A stretch of 64,000 nt of DNA from assembly GCF_009914755.1 (NCBI RefSeq), contig NC_060941.1, one strand, 5' to 3'. The translations under genes and the position numbers were made by a program. Below the pieces are notes generated by a model, which had not been told where the DNA came from, searched no databases, and saw nothing but the letters and a program-made list of their open reading frames with translations. Source of the stretch: the human T2T-CHM13v2.0 reference genome, Homo sapiens. Positions within the stretch are counted from its first letter, which is position 1, and the number at the start of each line of letters is the position of its first letter. Below are positions 1 to 18,543 of the stretch, one piece after another.

Positions 1-80
1 GAACATTGGCCAAAACAGACCCTATGCTGGGGCATAAAGCCAATCTCAACAGATTTCAAATGATTGAAATCATAGTTTAT
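1..80 (+). mobile_element. L1 ORF2 endonuclease-region fragment (old L1M)
   Basis: Resembles the L1 EN 'TFSKIDHILGHK..LNKFK.IEII' coding region; cut by the window edge and an Alu. Confidence 0.6.
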
Positions 81-84
81 GCTC

Positions 85-430
85 TTTTTTTTTTTTGAGA
101 CGGAGTTTCGCTCTTTTTGCCCAGGCTGGAGTGCATTCTCGGCTCACAGCAACCTCCGCCTCCTGGGTTCAAGCCATTCTCCTGCCTCAGCCTCCGGAGT
201 TGCTGGGACTACAGGCATGTGCCACCACGCCTGGCTAATTTTGTATTTTTAGTAGAGTCTCTCGAGTAGCTGGTGGGGGCCACCACACCGGGCTAATTTT
301 TGTATTTTTAGGTGAGCTGGGGTTTCACCATGTTGGCCATGTTGGTCTCGATCTTCTGACCTCAGGTGATCGGCCAACCTCAGCTTCCCAAAGTGCAGGG
401 ATTACGGGCATGAGCCACCGCGCCCGTCCT
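85..430 (-). mobile_element. AluS, rearranged (contains a segment copied from the Alu at 1239)
   Basis: PolyT followed by reverse-complement Alu; two A-rich linkers. Confidence 0.95.
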
Positions 431-856
431 GCCTTCAAGTCTTGAATGCTGCTCTTTCCCCCCTTCCTGTGCACACCCCTGTGGAGCAGTTTTCCACTCT
501 GTGGTAATGGCCTGCTTATGCCCTAGCCGCTTCTGAGCCGCCACGGCAGGGACTGCTTGTTATTGTTTATTCGCACAGCACTCTGTCTGTCCGAGTAGCA
601 CTAAGTTGGCACTCAATGCTTCATGCCTCCTCCTGACCCCAGCCCTCTATCTGTGAGATTAAATGGGAAATGCTATCTTCTCATACAGTCTGGTCACCTG
701 CCCCTCCCCTGGCCACTGTTGCTTGAGTAGAGTTGGTCACCTGACCCACCCTGAGCCAGTGATAGCACCCCAAGCCCTGGCCCCCATTGCTGGTCCATGG
801 ATGACACCTGACCCAGGCCGGACCTTGTTTCTGGGGTTGAAAAAAATGTATTGTCT

Positions 857-1150
857 GGCCCGTCGTGGTGGCTCACACTTATAATCCCAACACTGTGGGA
901 GGCTGAGGAGTATGGATTGCTTGAGTCCAGGAGTTCAAGACCAGCCTGGACAACATGGTAAAACTCCATCTCCACAAAAAATACAAAAAAATTTAGCCAG
1001 GCACTGTGGCAAGTGCCTGTAGTCCCAGCTACTTGGGAGGCTGAGGTGGGAGGATCAGTTGAACTCGGGAGGTCGAGGCTGCGGTGATCCATGATTGTGC
1101 CACTGCACCCCAGCCTGGGCAACAGACACCCTGTCTCAAAAAAAAGAAAA
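857..1150 (+). mobile_element. AluJ
   Basis: Dimeric Alu with J-type 'ggattgcttgag..caggagttc'; flanking TSD ...gtattgtct. Confidence 0.93.
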
Positions 1151-1238
1151 AGTATTGTCTAGTTTGCAAATATTGGAAGATTTTTTTTAAAGTTATCATC
1201 TTGTTTTCCAGTTTAATCCCACTATGTTTAAGAGCATA

Positions 1239-1821
<583 letters not shown>

Positions 1822-2238
1822 GACTTGAAGGCAGCCCTGATTAGAGCTAAGGATGGGGTAGGGCCTCACCAAAAACTCTTTCCCTCCAGTGGCACATGGA
1901 TCTGCTTAATGTTGAAGTCTTGTTTAGGATTAATCCCTCAGGGTTGACCCTGGAAGCACAGAAGGACAGCCAAGCTGCTTTCTAAAGCTCAGTGCCTGCA
2001 GAATAGTACAGTTCCCATTTCCCTGCATACTCACCAGCACAGAGTATTAGTCCAAAAATGTTTATGTTACTTCAAAGTTGAAAAATTAGTTGAAAAATGT
2101 TATTTGCCTCTTTCCCACATCATTAGTGACGTTTTCGCATGTGCTTTTCATTTAAATTAGAATAGTGCTTTATTTGCACTACTTACCAACACAACTTCTC
2201 TTTGTGCCTTTTTTTCAAAAACACCCATGGATCTTAAG

Positions 2239-2570
<332 letters not shown>

Positions 2571-2655
2571 TTAGTCTTTGCAGTCTCTTGAATTTATTAA
2601 TTTAAATGAATTGGACTGTTGTAATGTTTAAGCGATACTTAAAAGTTTTTACCTT

Positions 2656-3900
<1,245 letters not shown>

Positions 3901-4339
3901 GCGTCTCCTCTGCAAAGGCATGTGAGGTTTTGCTATTTTCTTTGCTCTGAATGACCACTGCTGATGTGATGTTCTTATTGATTTGTCAGACTCGTGAGGC
4001 GTTTAAAGCCCCTCTCAGGAGGGCCGCTCAGATGCAGCTGGGTCTCAGCAAGTGTCCGAGACTGACGGAGGGGCAAGCTGTCATCCCAGCCCTGGCTGCT
4101 TGGTCGATGCGTCCTTGTTAATGCTGACATCCTTGCCTCCCTCCTGACGCCAGGCAGGAGAGAGGCTCTGTGTGCTCTGAGATCGAAGGCTAAAATCACC
4201 TATGAATGAGTCAACAGCCCAGCTGCAGCAGACTCCCTGAATTCATGTCAGACCCAAGGGGATAACCCAAAAGGAGCCTCTGGGGGAGGGCTGGGGAGCT
4301 CAGAGCCGCTGCAGATATGCTCCCAGCTACACCTCTCCA

Positions 4340-4760
4340 GTCCCTGCCTCTTCATCTGTAACAGGAAGTGCCTGGCTTAGATGGTGTTCAAGTGTCTTGA
4401 TGAGGGCAGGTGGCATCTGAATGGGACAGTTCTTTGTGTGCAAGTGGTCTCGCAAAGTGCAGGATGTTAAGCATCCTTGGCCCTCACCCCCAACCCAAAA
4501 CACCCCACAACCATTTCCACAAGGCTCCAAGGAGGGTGTTGTGGCCCCCAGCTGAGAACAGCTAGGTGATAATTACTAATCTCCGCTACTGTGTATGGAA
4601 GACATCTTGTGTGCTGGCCTTGTGCCAAGTATTACCCCATTTCTACTTTGTAACAATCCATATTACAGATGAGAAAAGTGAGGCCCAGAAAGGCTAAGCA
4701 GCAGCCAGGTAGGGTTGGAGCCAGGACGCTGGTCCCAGTCAGCCCAACTCTGTGGCCCAT
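4340..4760. mobile_element. MIR and MER5B-like fragments
   Basis: MIR cores ('cttcatctgtaac', 'ttacagatgagaaaagtgaggcccaga'); MER5-type 'gcaggatgttaagcatccttggccc...gctgagaacagct'. Confidence 0.55.
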
Positions 4761-4829
4761 CCCATTCACCTGTGCACTCATGGAGGTGATGCCACATGTA
4801 AGTTGTGACCCCAGGTTCCTGAGTTAAGC

Positions 4830-5270
4830 CTGAGTGAGAGGTTAATATGGCCCCCCACTCCCCTGTCACCACGGGTGAAGCATGCTGCCCTATGCCATTG
4901 ACATTAGGTTGGACCATGTGGCTTGCCTCGGCTCACAGAATGAGAATGGACAGGACATGTATGTGCTTGTGCAATTTGCTTTGGTTTCTTTTGCTCCAGT
5001 GACATACCATGAGAAGCATATACCCTGGGTGACTGCTGCCTCTTTAGCCTGGGGCCCAAAACAAGCACATATGGGGGACACCCAAGCCCTGCCTGGGCTC
5101 ACTGGACTGTGGACTGAAGCAGCTGCCCAACCCAGCCCAGCTGGGTTAGATCAGTCTATCCACACTCAACCTGCAGACTCATGTGCATGAGCTTACATAT
5201 TTATTGCCATAAGCCACTGCATTTGTGACGGTTTGTTATGCAGCATTACTGCAGCAATAGCTGACTGATA
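4830..5270 (+). mobile_element. MLT1 (H/I/J-type) MaLR LTR
   Basis: Typical MLT1 3' end 'aagccactg...tttgttatgcagca...caatagctgactgata'. Confidence 0.7.
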
Positions 5271-5289
5271 GAACCGTCCTGGCTCCCAG

Positions 5290-5480
5290 GACCAGCTTGA
5301 CCACTTACTAAACGCCAGAGCATGGGCAGGTGGTTTTGCCTCAGTAGATCTTTGTTTCCCCATCTGTATAATGGTACAGTAATAGTACTGACCTGCCTGT
5401 TATGAGGATTGAAGGTGATCACGCTTTTAGTATAGTACCTGGTATATAGAAAGTATTTAGTAAATGTTAGTTATTCATTG
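5290..5480 (+). mobile_element. MIR
   Basis: 'tttccccatctgtataatgg...gttatgaggatt...agtaaatgttag'. Confidence 0.65.
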
Positions 5481-5907
5481 CTACCATCAGCACCACTATT
5501 ACTATTATTGTTAACTGTGCCCCTTGGGATCCAGCAGGGAGCCGTCACCTCTACTCTCAAGGATTCTGACAGTCTGGAGTTAATGAATGGGAGAGGACTC
5601 AGCCCTTCACAGAGGTGGCCCCAGAGCACCTTGCCCTAGTCCCAGAGGTGCTCCCTGCCCCTGACTCACTCTCGCCAGGGCCCACTCACCCTCGACCTCA
5701 ACAAGCATCTAGAATGGACTGCTTGGCACCAGATGGCCAAGTGCCTCACAGGGAGTGCCGGATGGGTCAAAGTGACCCAAAGTCCACAGGAAACCCAAAG
5801 CCAGCCTTGCCTCTCCTGACAGGTTCACCCTCCTTCAGCCCAGGATTTATTACGTAACCAACACTTTTAGCAACAAGCCGGAGCCCGGCAACAGGGCCCA
5901 CCCCCTA

Positions 5908-6127
5908 GTGTGAGAGTGTGAGAGTGTGAGCGTGTTTGCGACTGTGTGTCTTTCAGTGTCTGTGTGTATATCTCTCTGTCTGCTTTATTGTGTATGTTGC
6001 CGTATGGATCTGTGTCTATTGCAGCATGTATGTCTGTTTCAGCATGAGTGTGTTTCAGCATCTGTGTGAGTATGCGTGTCTGTTTTTCAGTGTGTATGTA
6101 AATGGGTGTGGCTGTGTTTCAGTGTGA
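5908..6127. repeat. Degenerate (TG)n low-complexity tract
   Basis: TG-rich alternating sequence. Confidence 0.85.
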
Positions 6128-6137
6128 GGACAGTTGT

Positions 6138-6272
6138 GTTTCGCCATGTTGGACATGAACTCCTGACCTCAGGTTTCGCCATGTTGGTCATGAACTCCTG
6201 ACCTCAGGTGATCCACCCACCTCGGCTTCCCAAAGTGCTGGGATTATAGGCGTGAGCCACTGCACCTGGTCC
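6138..6272 (-). mobile_element. AluS left-arm fragment with a 35-bp tandem duplication
   Basis: Reverse-complement left arm only; unit repeated at 6138 and 6173. Confidence 0.9.
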
Positions 6273-6805
6273 TTCATTCCTTTTTAAGGTCCACTAACAT
6301 TCCACTGTAGGTACACACCACGTTTTGTTTATCCGTTCTTCAGTTGATGGACATGTGGGTTGTTTCCACTTTCGTGCTATTGTGAATAATGCTGCTGTGA
6401 ACATTTCATGTACAAGCTTTTCATAGACATGTGTTTTCATTTCTCTTGGGCATTCTCTAGGAGTGACATTGCTGAGTCACATGGTTACTCTGTGCTTAAC
6501 CTTCTGAGGAACTTTCAGACTGTTTCCAAAGTGGCTACACCACTTAACATTCCCACCAGCAATGCACGAGGGTTCCAACTGCCCCACATCCTGCCCTTGT
6601 TTTTGTTTGTTTGGTTTTGGCTTTGGCTCTTTGATTATAGCCATCCTCAAAGATGTGAAGTCTTATTGTGGTTTGATTTGCATGTCCCTTATGGCTAATG
6701 ATGTTGAGAGTTTTTCCCGTGCTATTGGCCATCTGTATATCTTCTTTGGAGAAACGTCTGCTCAGATCCTTTGCCATTTTTAATTGGGTCATTTGCCTGT
6801 TTATT
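6273..6805 (-). mobile_element. L1MB-type 3' region
   Basis: 'gttgatggacat..gggttgtttccac', 'acattcccaccagcaatg', 'gtggtttgatttgcat'. Confidence 0.85.
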
Positions 6806-7179
6806 CCAAGATGAAGTGGGACTACACATCAGGAGGGGTTTAAAATGGAATGCTGGAAACCACAGCTTCTCAAGGTTGTCTCCTGTCTCTGGGGGAGACC
6901 CAGTCTTCGCGTCCCAGAGGCACCCCCACTGCGAGTCCCTCCAGCCCTTCATCCCATAGTCCCACTCCACTCCATCTCTAGGGAAAACGTCATTCCATCT
7001 CCCTAGGAAGTCGCTTCCAGGCAACCCCAAGGCCTTTCCTTTATGGAATCAAGGGCTCTTTAAAGTGTTTTTCTAGGAAAGATCTGCTCTTGCTCCAAAC
7101 ATCTGTGCTGCTGCTGTTGCCTTGTATGTATGCGGGAATAGCTAAAGCCAGTTCCTTGGAAATGGAACTACATGCTTTT

Positions 7180-7770
7180 TCTTCCAGTCACTACACATAA
7201 ATGACTTCTACTTTTCCACTTCCTAGTCAGACTTCTCCTTCAGACTCTGAACTCTATCCACCCGCTGAACTCCTCTGAGGAGCTCTTACAGGCACCTCAC
7301 CCCATCTCCTCCTACTCCTTCCCCTCCACTCCCTATTTCTTGACCCCAGCCCTCCCCCATCCTAGGTCCCAGTCACCCTAACCAGACATCCAGGCGCCAC
7401 TCAGACCCCTCCCTCTTGCTCCCTGTCACGACTAATCAGTCATCGACTCCCGTAATTGTTCCTCTGAAATAGCACTGCTCAGGCTTCATCAGCTGGCACC
7501 TGGACAATCCAGACAGCTGGCTTTCTCAAGCTTCCATCCTTTCCAAAGCACCCTCCACCCAGGAGCAGGTGACTCCCTTGCTCAAAACCTTGCAATGACT
7601 CCCTACTGCCCAAACCAAAATCCCATCTTCCCAGGCTGGTGTATGAGACCCTTCCATGAATCAGTTCTTTCATTTATTGATTTGCTCATTCATTCAATTT
7701 TCTGAGCATCTACTATGTGTGAGAGACTGGCAAGCGTCTACTGAGCATCTACCATGTGTGAGACAAGCCA
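7180..7770. mobile_element. L2 fragments
   Basis: 'cccttgctcaaaaccttgcaatgactccc' and 'tcattcattcaa...tgagcatctactatgtg'. Confidence 0.55.
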
Positions 7771-7948
7771 AGCAGGTGACCAGTGGGACAGTAGGGGCCT
7801 GTGGGGGACAATGGAAACAGAGGAGGGGACCAAATCCAGGAGAAGGTGGTCACCCTGTACCCACCCCAACTCCAGCCATTTAAATTATCTCCAGTTCCCA
7901 GAATGCACCATGCTCTTTCATGTCTGGGGAACTTTGCAAACCCACTGA

Positions 7949-8443
<495 letters not shown>

Positions 8444-8471
8444 TAACTATGATGATCTTTATGGAAAATGA

Positions 8472-8926
<455 letters not shown>

Positions 8927-9093
8927 CTGATTTTGGCACACACACACACACACACACACCCTAGGGACATTCGTCAGAGTCTGGACACACTTTTGATTGT
9001 CACAGCTGGGTGGGGGTGGGGGTGCTATGGACATCTAGTGGACATCTAGTGGGTAGAGGCCAAGGAAGCTGCTAAAAGTCTACAATGTGCAGG

Positions 9094-9544
<451 letters not shown>

Positions 9545-9799
9545 CTAGGTGGGCTCTGGAGATGGCCCATGCTCAGGTTTTTATGCCGGGAAGGTGCAGG
9601 TGCATGGAGGACATTGGCCAGCTGGGCTGTGAGGAGGAGCTGTAGGCAGGTGCTTGCAGAGATGAAGAAGGGAGCCCTCGGTCTGGCTGAATCCCTGGAT
9701 GGATCATGGGGCCTGTGGGCTCCTCAAGGGGAGGAGACCTGCCCTCCCTTGAATCCAAGCTGGGAGATGGTGGTGCCTCCCAGGAGGGTAAGTGGGCAC

Positions 9800-10240
9800 C
9801 TCGCTGCCTTCCACCTCTGAAGGGCCAAGTGGTGCCCAGGATATCCATGTTTTGGCTTCTTCCTGGGCACATGTGGAGACTCCATTTCCCAGGGCCCCTT
9901 GCAGGTAGGTGTGGCCACATGACAGGTTCCAGCCAATGGAGTGTGATAGGAAGTAATGTCACCACTCCAGGCCTGGCCATGGAATTCTCGCACCACCCAG
10001 GCTCTCTCCTTCCCAGTAGTATCCTAGCTGAGCCAGAGGACGCTGAAGGCCTACAGGGCAGCAGAGCCACAGACGGAAGGAGCCTGGGTGCTTGAGTGAC
10101 TATGCAGCCTCCCCGGCCTGCCATCCCGTCTGGTTGGACTGTGACATGAAACAGATGTGAAATAGATCTTCATCGTGTAGAGCCGTGGGCCTTCGAGCTT
10201 TACTTGTTACAGCAACTAATTTTATTTAACTAATACTGGT
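9800..10240 (+). mobile_element. MLT1 (I/J-type) MaLR LTR
   Basis: 'catttcccag..ccccttgcag.taggtgtggccacatgac..gttccagccaatgg', ending 'ttgttacagca...ctaatac'. Confidence 0.75.
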
Positions 10241-10677
10241 GGGTCAGCAGGAACGTCCAAGGTGAAAGACAAAATTCCCCTTCAGTTTTTCAGGGCTGTT
10301 TAACTCCTAAGATCCAGGGCTGATCCTTAATTATTCCACCCTCCTCGCCCACCCCATTCTCCATTAGACTCTTGTAGTTTTTGCCAACCTTGGCAAGTGG
10401 GGCCTTGAGTAGGCCTTAATTTGATCCTTAAAAGTAAAGGGATTTCTTCCACCCTGAGAGTTGTGTGATAGTTTGTACCAGTTACAAAATTTGTGTTCTT
10501 TTTCTTGATGGACTGTGAGCCCCTTGAGGGGAAGGCCTGGGCCTGATTTGCGGATGTCACAAAGGCCCAGTAGTGGGCTGGGTAGGCAGCAATCTTGAGG
10601 AACTATTTGTGGAAATCTCTGAGCATGTGATGCCCCTGATTGGCCAGATCATTCTGCCTTTATGGTGTTTGGTATGG

Positions 10678-11030
10678 TTGTTTTTTTTTTTTGAGACCCG
10701 GGTCTCACTCTGTTGCCCAGGCTGGAATACAGTGGTGCAGTCACAGCTCTCTATAGCCTCCACCTCCTAGGCTCAAGCACTTCTCCCAACTCATCTTGGA
10801 ATACAGTGGTGCAGTCACAGCTCTCTATAGCCTCCACCTCCTAGGCTCAAGCACTTCTCCCAACTCATCTGGGACTACAGGCATGCACCACCATGCACAG
10901 CTAATATTCTTATTTTTTTTTATAGAGATGGGAGTCTCGCTATGATGCCCAGGCTGGTCTCGAACTCCCGAGCTCAAGTGATCTGACCTCCCAAAGTGCT
11001 GGAATTACAGGCATGAGCCACCGCGCCCTG
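10678..11030 (-). mobile_element. AluJ with a perfect 74-bp internal tandem duplication
   Basis: Reverse-complement Alu; 10723-10796 identical to 10797-10870. Confidence 0.92.
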
Positions 11031-11686
11031 TCTTCCTTTGTTTGTGTTGATTACGAATACATTCACTTGCAAAAAATAACAAAAAAAACCCCCAGAAAAT
11101 CCGATCAACAGAGACGTAAACAAATAGGTGTTTTGTTGTGTGTGTGTTTTTTTGTTTTTTTTGTTTTTCATGGAACACAAGCTCGAAGCAGGCAGTTGCA
11201 AGCATGAGGGAACTTGACTTTGCCATCCCTATACTGACCTTTTTATTCTGATGCTTCGGCCTCATAGGCACAAGATGGCTGCCATAGCTCTAATCATCAC
11301 ACTGGGGCTCGAGGCAAGCAAAGGTGAGAGAAATGTCTAGGGCCATGCTAACTGTATCTGTCTCTTCATCAGGGCAGCAAAAGCTTTTCCAGAAATCCCC
11401 CCAGCAGACTTCCACTTTAAGAGTGATTGGCCTGAATTGGGTCAAATGTCTAGTACAAGAGGCTAGGAAGTTAAAACAGTCATGATTGGCTTAGAACACT
11501 GATTCACAAATGAATCTGTAGGGGTGGGTTGCCCCTCCACACCTGTGGGTGTTTCTCGTAAGGTGGAACGAGAGACTTAGGAAAGAAAAAGACACAGAGA
11601 CAAAGTATAGAGAAAGAAATAAGGGGACCCGGGGAACCAGCGTTCAGCATATGGAGGATCCCGCCAGCCTCTGAGTTCCCTTAGTA

Positions 11687-11692
11687 TTTATT
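11687..11692 (-). terminator. LTR5_Hs polyadenylation signal AATAAA
   Basis: Minus strand 'gatcAATAAAtactaaggg' at the canonical position. Confidence 0.75.
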
Positions 11693-11786
11693 GATCATTC
11701 GTGGGTGTTTCTCCGAGAGGGGGATGTGTCAGGGTCACAAAACAATAGTGGGGAGAGGGTCAGCAGACAAACACGTGAACAAAGGT

Positions 11787-11794
11787 CTTTGCAT
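11787..11794 (-). promoter_or_regulatory. LTR5_Hs OCT4-type motif ATGCAAAG
   Basis: Minus strand 'ctatgATGCAAAGacc'; this motif is known in LTR5_Hs. Confidence 0.55.
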
Positions 11795-11947
11795 CATAGA
11801 CAAGGTAAAGGATTAAGTGCTGTGCTTTTAGATGTGCATACACATAAACATCTCAATGCTTTACAAAGCAGTATTGCTGCCCGCAGGTCCCACCTCCAGC
11901 CCTAAGGCGGTTTTTCCCTATCTCAGTAGATGGAGCATACAATCGGG

Positions 11948-11954
11948 TTTTATA
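11948..11954 (-). promoter_or_regulatory. LTR5_Hs U3 TATA-like box
   Basis: Minus strand 'ctcggTATAAAAcccg'. Confidence 0.65.
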
Positions 11955-13124
11955 CCGAGACATTCCATTGCCCAGGGACGGGCAGGAGACAGATGCCTTC
12001 CTCTTGTCTCAACTGCAAGAGGCATGCCTTCCTCTTATACTAATCCTCCTCAGCACAGACCCTTTACGGCTGTCGGGCTGGGGGACGGTCAGGTCTTTCT
12101 CTTCCCACGAGGCCATATTTCAGACTATCAGATGGGGAGAAACCTTGGACAATACCTGGCTTTCCTAGGCAGAGGTCCCTGCGGACTTCCGCAGTTTTTG
12201 TGTCCCTGGGTACTTGAGATTAGGGAGTGGTGATGACTCTTAAGGAGCATGCTGCCTTCAAGCATTTGTTTAACAAAGCACATCTTGCACCGCCCTTAAT
12301 CCATTTAACCCTGAGTTTGACACAGCACATGTTTCAGAGAGCACGGGGTTGGGGGTAAGGTCATAGAATCTCAAGGCAGAAGAATTTTTCTTAGTACATA
12401 ACAAAATGGAGTCTCCCATGTCTACTTCTTTCTACACAGACACAGTAACAATCTGATCTCTCTTGCTTTTCCCCACATGAATCTTTTTTTTTTTTTTAAG
12501 CACAAAGGGAATAGGTATTAGGAAAGCAACCAATAGTGTCTGCCTTGATTTCCAGTCCTGTATCTGGGGCTTCTGCCAAAAGTCCTTTCTCCTAGGGCCA
12601 AGAGGGCCCAGGCCCGTCTTCTCGAGGCTACCACACCTGGTTTTCCCCATACCTGAGAGTATGTGAGGATAAAACAGCAGAGCATCCAAGGGTCTGTTGC
12701 CCACCCTCCCACCTTGCCTGCTGCCCTGTCCTGGTGCTTCTCAGGAAGCCTTCGGGGTACCCACCACACCTTGTCCCCATGCCCTTTCCCAGTAGACACC
12801 ATCCCAGCCACTCTGATGAAGCTGGACTCTGTCCCCAGGAGATGGAAAGTGAGCCACTCTCCCAGCAGAGGCACAGGGTCAGTGTGTTCTGCAGAATAAA
12901 CACAGTATTCCTAGTTACTCTCATCTGAGAAGCTGCCACATCTCCCTAAACCCCTGGCCTTCCCACATGATCTGAAAATAACCACTGATACTCACATATA
13001 GAATCCAGAATTCCGAGGAAATGGAATTAAAAATAGCCAGAGGAAGAAGGACGTGCCCCAGGCAGATGACGTTTAGCCAAACATGGAAACAAAGGATGAG
13101 CCTGGGGCCTGGGAACAGGATAAT

Positions 13125-13965
<841 letters not shown>

Positions 13966-14409
13966 CTACTACTATAAACCACCCACCAGTCAGCGTGACT
14001 CCAAGTGGCACAGGCCACTGGGTTAATGGGCAGGAGAACAGGTTCTATACACACCAGGCAGTCCAGTGGGTCCCCTTGAGGACCACAGGCAAAGCCAATG
14101 AGGACTGTTTCCCTTGCCCCGAGTGCCCTGTCTCTCACCTTGACCTGTCAACATACCACCCATTCTTGAGCGCTGGGAGAGAAGCCCCCATCTCTGACTT
14201 CTGAGTGATAGAGTCCTGGCTGCAGAGCCCTCCTGTGGTCCCGTTCATCAGTCTTGGGAACTCATAACATTGGGGAGAATAAGCACAGCCTTTGAGAACC
14301 TGCACACCACCCCCACCCTGTAGAGGTCCAGAAACGTCTCACAGGCAAGCAGCCTAGGTCTGCCTGTAACAAACCAGGAGCAGGCAGAGATGGAGACCGC
14401 ACTGAATTA

Positions 14410-14875
14410 AGGCGTCCAGCTACTAACATCACAGACAGAAAAGCCTCCCAGTGGACAAGCACAGTATTGCCTCTGAGCTATTCACATCAAAGCTAATGGA
14501 ACCTGAATCTGAGTAAGAACTAGACCCAATCAGCAAAGTGCAGAAAATACAGGAGACAGAGGAGCACATGAAACACCACCACAGAGGTGCAATCAGCACA
14601 AATCCAGACTGCCAGAGACCCTCCAGGGAGAACAGCTGGCTTCCTCAACAAATAAATGGCAATGCATCAATGAGAAAGGAACCAGGAGCCTATAGACTAA
14701 ATGAGAAATATAAATATCAATCAATTACAGTGCTGGGCCTTATCTGGATCCCAATTCAACTGTATGTATTGCATATTATATACATGTCTATATATTATGT
14801 ACACACACACATGCCATTTGGAACAATGTGATTCTCCAGTGAGCTATTTGATGATCTTAAAGAACTATAGTTACT
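14410..14875 (+). mobile_element. Old L1M 3' fragment
   Basis: 'aacctgaatctga', 'gtgcaatcagca.aaatccagact', 'ttcctcaacaaataaat'. Confidence 0.55.
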
Positions 14876-15163
14876 TTATTTATCTATTTACTTGAGACAG
14901 GTCCTGGCTCTGTCACCCAGGCTGGAGTGTAATTTGGGCTCACTGCAACCTCTGCCTCCCAGGTGCAAGGGATCCTCCCACTTCAGCCTCCCAAGTGCTG
15001 GGACCACAGGTGTATGCCACCGTGCCTGGTGAATTTTTGCATTTTTTGTAAAGACAGGGTTTCATCACATGCCCAGGCTGGTCTCAAACTCCTGGGCTCA
15101 AGCAACCCACCTGCCTCGGCCTCCCAGAGTGTTGGGATTACAGGCATGATCCACTGTGCCCAG
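14876..15163 (-). mobile_element. AluJ
   Basis: Reverse-complement Alu; TSD tatagttacttta. Confidence 0.92.
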
Positions 15164-15203
15164 CTTATAGTTACTTTAAAAAAAAATAAAAAAAATAAAA
15201 AAA

Positions 15204-15680
15204 AGGTCAGGCATGGTGGATTACACCTGTAATCTAATCCCAGCACTTTGGGAGGTTGAAGCAGGAGGATCACTTGACCTCAGGAGTTTGGGGTTGCAGT
15301 GAGCCACAGTCATGCCACTACACTCCAGCCTGGGTGACAGAGTGAGACCCTGTCTCTGAAAAGAAAAAAAGGCCGGGCGTGGTGGCTCATGCCTGTAATC
15401 CCAGCACTTTTGGAGGCCGAGGCAGGCGGACCACCTTAGGTCAGGTGTTTGAGAACAGCCTGGCCAACATGGTGAAACCCCATCTCTACTAAAAATACAA
15501 AAAATTAACTGGGCATGGTGGCAGGCGCCTGTAATCCCAGCTACTCAGGAGGCTGAGGCTGGAGAATCGCTTGAACCTGGGAGGTAAAGGTTGAGCCAAG
15601 ATCACGCCACTGCACTCCAGACTGGGCAATGACAGTGAAACTCCATCTCAAAAAAAAAAAAAAAAGAGAAAAGAAAAAGA
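15204..15680 (+). mobile_element. Monomeric Alu (FRAM-like, 15204-15370) followed by AluSx (15371-15680)
   Basis: Single arm with A tail followed by a full dimer. Confidence 0.9.
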
Positions 15681-16148
15681 TTATTTATTTATTTATTTGT
15701 ATTTCAATAGCTTGGTTACATGGATAGACTGTATAGTGGTGGAGTCTGGGATTTTAGTGCACCTGTCACCGCATTAGTGTACATTGTACCCAATACATAG
15801 TTTATTTATCCCTCACCTTCCTCCCCATTCCACCTTCTGAGTCTCCAAAGGCCATTATACCATTCCGTATGCCTTTGGACACTTATACCTTAGCTCCCAC
15901 TCATAAGCAAGAACACATGTTATTTGATTTTCCATTCCGGAGTTACTTCACTTAGAATAATGGCCTCCAGTTCCATTCAAGTTGCTGTAAAGGACATTAT
16001 TTCATTCTTTTTTATGGCTGAGTAGTATTCCATGGTGTATATATACCACATTTTCTTTTTCCATTGATTGGTCGATGAGCACTTAGGTTGGCTTCATATC
16101 TTTGCAATTGTGAATTGCGCTGAGATAAACATACCTGTGCAGGCGTCT

Positions 16149-16468
<320 letters not shown>

Positions 16469-16548
16469 TGATATAATGACTGCTTTTCCTTTGGGTAGGT
16501 ACCCAGTAATGGGGTTGCTGGATTGAATAGTAGATCTACTTTTAGTTC

Positions 16549-16850
<302 letters not shown>

Positions 16851-17092
16851 TTACTTTTAGTTCTTTAAGGACTCTCCATACTCATTTCCATAGAGGTTGT
16901 ATTAATTTGCATTCCCACCAGCAGTGTATTAGCATTCCCTTTTCCCCACATCCATGCCAGCACCTATTGTTTTTGACTTCTTAATAATGACCATTCTGGC
17001 TGGGGTAAGGTGGTCTCTCGTTGTGGTTTTAATTTGCATTTCCCAGATGATGAGTGATGTTGAGCATTTTTTCATGTGTTTCTTGGCCATTA

Positions 17093-18505
<1,413 letters not shown>

Positions 18506-18543
18506 AGAATTCATTGAAAAATTCATTTAAAAAAAATACAACT

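Larger units (their letters stand above)
11517..12477 (-). mobile_element. HERV-K(HML-2) LTR5_Hs solo LTR, full length (961 bp)
   Basis: Minus strand starts TGTGGGGAAAAGCAAGAGAGATCAGATTG and ends GGGGCAACCCACCCCTACA; perfect 6-bp TSD TGAATC (11511-11516, 12478-12483); no internal sequence. Confidence 0.98.
11170..12545 (-). mobile_element. MLT1K/L-type MaLR LTR interrupted by LTR5_Hs
   Basis: 'caagatggctgcc..agctc', 'ccccccagcagacttcc', 'attggcc.gaattgggtca'; resumes after the LTR5 with 'gcaaccaatagtgtctgcc'. Confidence 0.6.

Noticed and set aside
11517-12477. Possible SVA element or HERV-K provirus
   Set aside because: Complete LTR with both ends and a 6-bp TSD; no VNTR, hexamer or polyA tail, and no PBS or gag/env flank
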